Assembly: GCA_964642055.1 (NCBI GenBank)
Contig: CAZXLM010000002.1
Location: 3,793 to 67,792, forward strand
Direction of reading: 5' to 3'
Source of the DNA: an uncultured Acutalibacter sp.
Lineage (GTDB): Bacteria > Bacillota > Clostridia > Oscillospirales > Acutalibacteraceae
Length of the DNA stretch: 64,000 nucleotides
Positions 58,674 through 64,000 of this stretch are shown here, in pieces. The position numbers and the translations under genes were made by a program. Each line of letters begins with the position of its first letter. Position 1 is the stretch's first letter. The notes below the pieces were generated by a model. It worked only from the letters and a program-made list of their open reading frames with translations. It was not told where the DNA came from and searched no databases.

Positions 58674-58801
58674 TGGCATGGCGTAAGCCATGACGGAGGG
58701 ATTGTTTGAAACGGCAGGAACTTCTGAGCAAGCCTTAACACGTCAATCCCTCAACCTGCTATGCAGGCAGTTTCTGCCGCTCATCTTCTCCACCAGCAGG
58801 A

Positions 58802-59842
58802 CTACAGCTCCGGGATAAGCTTTTTATAGGTGGGCCATAAACCGATGCGGTCCGGCGTATGTTCAGGCTGCTGCCAGAAATCGTAGCCGGGATAATCGTT
58901 GCCCTCAATGATGGCCGGGCCGGTGGGAGTAATGGCACAGTCCCAGCCTACAAAGCGCATGCCCGGTTCTTCCAGAGCCGCTTTTTTGCAAAGCTCAATG
59001 GCCTCTTTTACATAGGGGATCCGATAACCCATCAGCTCTATGCCGGTCTCCGGGTGATGGGTCAGCGTAGTCAGGGCAGAGGTGTGCCCCACGCCGGTAA
59101 TTTCTCCGGTTTCATAATCAATCGGGCAGAACATGCCGCCGTTTTCCAGATTATCCACATATTTACCACCGGCGCCTATTTTTACCACAGCGTAAATGAG
59201 CTGCGGCTCCCAATGCTCTGGGGAACCTGTGAGCAAGGTGACGATGCGCAAAGTATTCACCGCGCTGGGATAAAGCCTGCTCATGGCTTCGTGCTGAATG
59301 ATCATTTCCCCGATCACGCCAAAGCCCTGGGCTTTGATATAGCGATACATTTCCTCCACGCTTTCAAAATCCGCCTTTTTGAGTCTCTCGATCCCCTTAC
59401 CGCTTTCCCCCACGTCCGGCTTTGCGAAAATGCGCTCCTTGTCTTTTACAAATTCGGTAAACTGTTCCAGGGTCATTTCATCTACCACTAGAAAATCCCG
59501 GCCCAGGTAGTCTCGAAAACGGGGGTTAAATTTTGTCTTGTGGTCGAATATTTCCGCCGTTTCCGGATCGTTCAGCAGAGTGATCATCTTTTTGTTGCGG
59601 ACCCGGGTCACATAAGTATCTCGATGTTTGCCGTCCATATTGTAAAATCCGAACATGACATAATCGTGGTAACCCGCGCCATATCGAACGGAACACCATA
59701 GCATATCCAAAAAAATACCGGCCCTGCTTCTGCCGGAGCGTTCCTTCGCCCTGCCAATAGAGCGAGACAATTCTTCCAGACGTACGCCACTGAGGACTCT
59801 CCCGAGGTAACCCACCCGGGAGAGCAAATTCATCTTTTTCAT
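58802..59842 (-). CDS. ATP-grasp protein of the sugar-transfer-associated (ATPgrasp_ST-like) family
   Basis: Size and blocks (FAKPDVGESGKGIE, NTLRIVT, VGWDCAITPTGPAIIEGN) match the family usually found in capsule or glycopolymer loci; assignment from memory. Confidence 0.65.
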   Translation of the reverse strand: MKKMNLLSRVGYLGRVLSGVRLEELSRSIGRAKERSGRSRAGIFLDMLWCSVRYGAGYHDYVMFGFYNMDGKHRDTYVTRVRNKKMITLLNDPETAEIFDHKTKFNPRFRDYLGRDFLVVDEMTLEQFTEFVKDKERIFAKPDVGESGKGIERLKKADFESVEEMYRYIKAQGFGVIGEMIIQHEAMSRLYPSAVNTLRIVTLLTGSPEHWEPQLIYAVVKIGAGGKYVDNLENGGMFCPIDYETGEITGVGHTSALTTLTHHPETGIELMGYRIPYVKEAIELCKKAALEEPGMRFVGWDCAITPTGPAIIEGNDYPGYDFWQQPEHTPDRIGLWPTYKKLIPEL

Positions 59843-60088
59843 TTCCCTATTCCTCTTCTTTGCTGTATGCGCCCGCCGTCATTTCCCGGCGGTGGGCATG
59901 TGCGGAGCAGTTTCCCGTATGGCCGGAGAGAAAACCTCACACCGTCCGCTTACTAAATAATCATACTACAAATAATTTCCATTTTCAATCTTGCCCGACC
60001 ATTTGTATGAGACTTGTAAGGATTTCTGCCTTTTAAGAAAAAAGCGCCTTCCGAAGCCTGTCTCCTTCCAATAAACGGTTTAAAAGGG

Positions 60089-60127
60089 AAAAAAGTGACA
60101 GCCGGAATTCCGGCCGTCACTTTTTTA
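60089..60127. terminator. Bidirectional terminator downstream of pck
   Basis: GTGACAGCCGGAATTCCGGCCGTCAC hairpin flanked by AAAAAA and TTTTTT. Confidence 0.75.
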
Positions 60128-60178
60128 CTTATAAAGAGGGTTAAACATGAAACCACGGGATACGCAACAGAAACGTCT

Positions 60179-61951
60179 TTACTGGCAATTCTTTTTGAGG
60201 ATCTCCAGCTGGTGGCGCAGTTCTTCGGGCAGTTTGTCGCCGAAGCGGGTGTAGAATTCTTCCACGCCGTCGGCTTCCTTAGCCCATTTCGCTTTGTCCA
60301 CCTCCAGAATGGATTCCAGGGTCTCCTTGGAGAAGTCCAGGCCCTCCAGATTGATGTCGTCGGCATAGGGCACATAGCCGATGGCAGTCTCTCTGGCGTC
60401 CACCTTACCCTCGCAGCGCTTGATGATCCACTCCAGAACGCGAAGGTTGTCGCCGAAGCCGGGCCAGATGAAGTGGCCGTCCTTGTCTACGCGGAACCAG
60501 TTGACGTTGAAGATCTTGGGAGCCTTGTCGCCCAGAACCTTGCCCATGTCGATCCAATGCTGGAAATAGTCGCCCATATGATAGCCGCAGAAGGGCAGCA
60601 TAGCCATAGGATCGCGGCGGACCACGCCTACGGCGCCGGCGGCGGCAGCGGTGGTCTCAGAGCCCACTACAGAGCCGATGAACACGCCGTTGTTCCAGTC
60701 GCGGGACTGATAGACCAGCGGCACGGTATCAGGACGGCGGCCGCCGAACACGATAGCGGAAACCGGCACGCCCTTGGGATTCTCAAATTCGCTGGAGAGA
60801 CAGGGGCAGTTCTTGGTGGGGGCGGTGAAACGGCTGTTGGGGTGCGCCAGCTTGTTGCCCTCGGCGATAAACTCGGGGCCGTTCACATGCTTGCCTGTCC
60901 ACTCCTCGGCGTTGACGGGAGGATTCTTATCGAGAGACTCCCACCAAACGGTGTTATCGTCCAGATTCCGGGCAACGTTCGTAAAGATGGTGCCCTTCTG
61001 GGTGGAGATCAGAGCGTTGGGGTTAGACTTCATATTGGTGCCGGGAGCCACACCGAAGAAACCGTTCTCCGGATTGATGGCGTACAGCCGGCCGTCCTCG
61101 CCGGGACGCATCCAGGCAATGTCGTCGCCCACGGTCCATACCTTGTAGCCCTTCTTCTTATAGCCCTCCGGCGGAATGAGCATGGCAAGGTTGGTCTTGC
61201 CGCAGGCGGAGGGGAACGCGGCGCAGATATACTTTACTTCGCCCTGGGGATTTTCCAGACCCAGGATCAGCATATGCTCGGCCATCCAGCCCTCGTTCTT
61301 GGCCTGGTAGGAGGCGATGCGCAGAGCAAAGCATTTTTTGCCCAGCAGCACGTTGCCGCCGTAAGCGGAGTTCACGGAAATGATGGTGTCGTCCTCGGGG
61401 AACTGGCAGATCCAGCGTTTCTCAGGATCCACGTCACATTTGGCGTGCAGGCCCTTCACCCACTCATCGCTGTCGCCCAGCACGTCCAGCACCTTCTGGC
61501 CCACCCGGGTCATAATGGCCATATTGAGGACCACATAGATGGAATCGGTGACTTCAATACCGATCTTGGCAAGAGGAGAACCCACGGGACCCATGGAATA
61601 GGGGATCACATACATGGTGCGGCCCTTGTAGGTGCCGCGGGCAATATCATAAAGCATTTTATAGGCTTTCTGCGGCTCCATCCAATGGTTGGTGGGACCG
61701 GCGTCTTCTTCCCTGCGGGAGCAGATGAGGGTGCGGTCCTCCACCCGGGCCACATCGTTTACGGCGGTGCGGTGATAATAACAGCCGGGCAGCTTCTCCT
61801 CGTTGAGCTTGATCATTTCGCCGGTCTGGCAGGCCTCTTTGCGTAGCTCTTCCAGCTGTTCCTCGGAGCCGTCGATCCACACCACTTTATCGGGGGTGAC
61901 CAGCGCTTTCATTTCCTCCAGCCAGGAGAGGACGGATTTGTTGTTGGTCAT
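60179..61951 (-). CDS. pck: Phosphoenolpyruvate carboxykinase (GTP)
   Basis: 590 aa, with GTP-PEPCK blocks (FPSACGKTNLAM kinase-1a, WMRPGEDGRLYAINPE, FGGRRPD). AGGAG SD upstream. Confidence 0.9.
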   Translation of the reverse strand: MTNNKSVLSWLEEMKALVTPDKVVWIDGSEEQLEELRKEACQTGEMIKLNEEKLPGCYYHRTAVNDVARVEDRTLICSRREEDAGPTNHWMEPQKAYKMLYDIARGTYKGRTMYVIPYSMGPVGSPLAKIGIEVTDSIYVVLNMAIMTRVGQKVLDVLGDSDEWVKGLHAKCDVDPEKRWICQFPEDDTIISVNSAYGGNVLLGKKCFALRIASYQAKNEGWMAEHMLILGLENPQGEVKYICAAFPSACGKTNLAMLIPPEGYKKKGYKVWTVGDDIAWMRPGEDGRLYAINPENGFFGVAPGTNMKSNPNALISTQKGTIFTNVARNLDDNTVWWESLDKNPPVNAEEWTGKHVNGPEFIAEGNKLAHPNSRFTAPTKNCPCLSSEFENPKGVPVSAIVFGGRRPDTVPLVYQSRDWNNGVFIGSVVGSETTAAAAGAVGVVRRDPMAMLPFCGYHMGDYFQHWIDMGKVLGDKAPKIFNVNWFRVDKDGHFIWPGFGDNLRVLEWIIKRCEGKVDARETAIGYVPYADDINLEGLDFSKETLESILEVDKAKWAKEADGVEEFYTRFGDKLPEELRHQLEILKKNCQ

Positions 61952-62126
61952 TTTCTATTTCTCCTTTCGCCACATGGCAAATCAATACATTGTTTCGGGC
62001 CCTTGTTGCCCAGTTTTATTCTAACACAGTGCGGGAAAATAATCAATGACCAAATTGTTAAATTCTTCCGCCGCCGGAAAGGCGGGACAAAAAGCGGGGG
62101 CTTCAAAATCAAAAGCGGCGGGCCGG

Positions 62127-62357
62127 TCACAGCTGCTTTTCGGCAGGGGAATACGCCCGCTTTTCGTTTGTCCGGCCCAAAAGATAATCCACGCTGGTAT
62201 CATAAATTTCAGCCAGCGCCAGAAGGACCCGGGTCGGAATGTCGTTTTCTCCGGTTTCATATTTGGAATATCCCGTCTGGGACATATTTAAAAGCTTTGC
62301 CAGTTCCTTTTGGGACATATCGCGGTCTTCCCGTAAATCCCGAAGCCTTGGATACAT
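62127..62357 (-). CDS. XRE-family HTH transcriptional regulator (paralog of 13803-14036)
   Basis: PRLRDLREDRDMSQKELAKLLNMSQTGYSKYETG ... YDTSVDYLLGRT. Confidence 0.85.
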   Translation of the reverse strand: MYPRLRDLREDRDMSQKELAKLLNMSQTGYSKYETGENDIPTRVLLALAEIYDTSVDYLLGRTNEKRAYSPAEKQL

Positions 62358-62385
62358 AAGCAGACACCCCGGGATTATTCTATGC

Positions 62386-62427
62386 TAACCTGTTTCAGAG
62401 TATTGACTTTTAATCTGAAACAGGTTA
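62386..62427. promoter_or_regulatory. 14-bp perfect inverted repeat (candidate operator) upstream of the XRE gene
   Basis: TAACCTGTTTCAGA - 14 nt - TCTGAAACAGGTTA. A plus-strand TTGACT-17-TAATAT promoter-like element is embedded at 62403-62431. Confidence 0.5.
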
Positions 62428-62520
62428 ATATTAAAACAATGCGATGGCCCAAAATGATTTGAGGCACGCAAAAAAAAGATAAGGAGGGGTATGAAAGCAA
62501 AAACAACATTTCCCAAAAAA

Positions 62521-63018
62521 TCACTCTTTTACCAGCACAACAGCCCCGCTTTCCCGGGTTTTTTTCATGTCGATAAACCGCTGGTTCTCGCTGCCCCGGA
62601 ACAGGAGCTCCAGATTCTTCTGCGCTTCGATAAAGGGACCATCGATGAGAACGTCCGTTTCGGCCAGCAGAGCATCTATGGCGGGATCGTGCTTCTCCAC
62701 GAGCTGCTCATAGACATAGCCCGTGTATACCGTTACGTCCTTTCCGACGCTGTGGACCAGCTCCGCAAGCTCTGTTAAGGGTTCCGGCTGGCAGAAGGGC
62801 TCTCCACCGCTGAAGGTGATGCCTTTCAGCAGGGGATTTTTTCGGAAGTCCTCAAAAATCTCTCGGGGCGTGTGGGTCTCCCCGCCTTCGAATGGCCAGG
62901 TCTGGGGATTGTGGCACCCCGGGCAGTGGTGCGGGCAGCCCTGGGTAAACACGGTATAGCGAATGCCCTTCCCATCTACAATGGATTCCTTCACGATACC
63001 GGCAAGCTGCAGTTTCAT
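62521..63018 (-). CDS. nrdG: Anaerobic ribonucleoside-triphosphate reductase activating protein (radical SAM)
   Basis: GIRYTVFTQGCPHHCPGCHNPQTW (CxxxCxxC) and GITFSGGEP. Confidence 0.85.
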   Translation of the reverse strand: MKLQLAGIVKESIVDGKGIRYTVFTQGCPHHCPGCHNPQTWPFEGGETHTPREIFEDFRKNPLLKGITFSGGEPFCQPEPLTELAELVHSVGKDVTVYTGYVYEQLVEKHDPAIDALLAETDVLIDGPFIEAQKNLELLFRGSENQRFIDMKKTRESGAVVLVKE

Positions 63019-63075
63019 ATCAATGTTCCTTTCTTTGATAAAAAAGGAGCGGTCGCGCCGCTCCTTTTTGGGTTT

Positions 63076-63816
63076 TTAAAGCGTAAATTTTTTTTTTCCA
63101 AATCCATCGTTGTCGGTCAGATCGAAACTCAACGGGGTCAGGGAAACATATCCTTCCTGCACGGCGTAGGAATCAGTCTGGGCCGGGGGAATGCGGCTTT
63201 CCTCACCGTTGATCCAATAATAATCCTGCCCACCGGGAGACCGGCGGTGCTCATAGCGGTCCGTCCACTGATGGAACAGTCCCTGCCGTACCCATTGAAC
63301 ACCTTTGATTCTCTCCCTTGGCAGCGCCGGGATATTGATATTCAGCACCTGACGGATATCCTTTTCCGCATCCAGCTGCTCTAAAAGGCTCAGGAAAATG
63401 CCAACCACTTCTTCCGTATCCGCCTGCGGCGGAGCGGAAACGGCAACAGCCTTCATGCCCCACATGGCCGCCTCCAAAGCTCCGGCAGCCGTACCGGAAT
63501 AGAGGATATCAAAGCTGACGTTCAGCCCCACGTTAGGCCCGGAAATCACCAGATCGATGGGGGCCTCCATCAGACCGTCCCGCCCCAGCCGGGTGCAATC
63601 AGCCGGGTTGCCGGAAATGGCGTAAGCCTTTTCGCAGCCCGCTAAGCTTTCCTCCCGAACCAGCAGGGGGACCCGCATGGTGATGCCGTGACTGACTGCG
63701 CTGCGGTTGCCGTCGGGCGCGACTGCCACCACCGTGTGGCTTTTTCCCAGCTCCTTTGCCAGGAGCCTGAAGCCCTGGGACTGTATCCCATCGTCGTTGA
63801 TGAGCAGGATACGCAT
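63076..63816 (-). CDS. surE: 5'/3'-nucleotidase SurE
   Basis: MRILLINDDGIQSQG N-terminus and the SGPNVGLN motif. Confidence 0.9.
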   Translation of the reverse strand: MRILLINDDGIQSQGFRLLAKELGKSHTVVAVAPDGNRSAVSHGITMRVPLLVREESLAGCEKAYAISGNPADCTRLGRDGLMEAPIDLVISGPNVGLNVSFDILYSGTAAGALEAAMWGMKAVAVSAPPQADTEEVVGIFLSLLEQLDAEKDIRQVLNINIPALPRERIKGVQWVRQGLFHQWTDRYEHRRSPGGQDYYWINGEESRIPPAQTDSYAVQEGYVSLTPLSFDLTDNDGFGKKKFTL

Positions 63817-63819
63817 CTC

Positions 63820-64000
63820 TTACAGAGTTCCCATGGTGTGCTTGACCCGGTCCTTTTCCTCGGCGCGCTTGGCATTGTTCCAGCGGTCCATGGTGCCTAC
63901 CAAATAGCCGGTAATGCGGCGGATCCGGTCAAAATCACGGCCCTCGCCTACCAGAACTTCCTTCTTCGCGGTTTTTGCGGTTTTCTTCGTTGCAGTCTTG
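63820..64000 (-). CDS. nrdD: C-terminal glycyl-radical segment of an anaerobic ribonucleotide reductase-like protein (partial, runs off the window)
   Basis: My translation of the minus strand is KTATKKTAKTAKKEVLVGEGRDFDRIRRITGYLVGTMDRWNNAKRAEEKDRVKHTMGTL*. RITGYL...WN.AK..E...RV.H matches the NrdD glycyl-radical C-terminus. The stop lies 3 nt before the surE ATG. Confidence 0.6.
   Translation of the reverse strand, partial: KTATKKTAKTAKKEVLVGEGRDFDRIRRITGYLVGTMDRWNNAKRAEEKDRVKHTMGTL

Noticed and set aside
59953-60375. 140-aa minus-strand ORF overlapping the pck 3' end and terminator.
   Set aside because: It overlaps pck in another frame and spans the bidirectional terminator. It has no SD and no motifs.
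60095-61846. 583-aa plus-strand ORF.
   Set aside because: It is antisense to the GTP-PEPCK gene and begins inside that gene's terminator hairpin. It has no recognisable motifs.
62491-62778. 95-aa plus-strand ORF with an AAGGAGG just upstream.
   Set aside because: It is fully antisense to nrdG, which has clear radical-SAM motifs, and the SD-to-ATG spacing is only 3 nt. I kept it as a regulatory or antisense-transcript hypothesis in the findings, not as a gene.

Overview
A 64-kb chromosomal segment from a high-GC, spore-forming Clostridia-type Firmicute. The lineage call rests on SpoIIP, SLH wall proteins, MurT/GatD and GTP-PEPCK; an Oscillospirales-like origin is inference only. About 60 protein genes are credible. 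They cover carbohydrate use (GH32, GH2 beta-galactosidase, GH36 alpha-galactosidase, sugar kinases) and envelope functions (MGDG-synthase-like GT, PlsY, MurT/GatD, two M23 peptidases, VanY, SpoIIP). There is also a TagD/TagF/Wzx/2xGT2 glycopolymer locus, two SLH proteins and a giant GT-C fusion. A TPM/LemA-like/TelA/XpaC stress cluster, an amino-acid ABC transporter, several small XRE regulators, one tRNA-Lys, and nrdG/surE plus a partial nrdD complete the set. The many long antisense ORFs in the track are typical high-GC artefacts and were not called. No CRISPR array, transposase, integrase or recognisable defence genes were seen. The stand-out is an AT-rich 1.3-kb non-coding island (about 57.5-58.8 kb, minus strand) between an ATP-grasp gene and an XRE gene. 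It holds four consecutive promoter-to-terminator units. Three are tandem paralogous ~165-nt structured RNAs whose stems differ in sequence but stay paired. The fourth is a ~305-nt structured RNA driven by a perfect TTGACA-17-TATAAT promoter. I could not assign any of the four to a known RNA family by eye. Secondary oddities are UAG-N4 periodic tracts, palindromic operators at the XRE genes, a double GT-C fusion with a discoidin domain, tandem GT2 paralogs, and surE lying between nrdD and nrdG.
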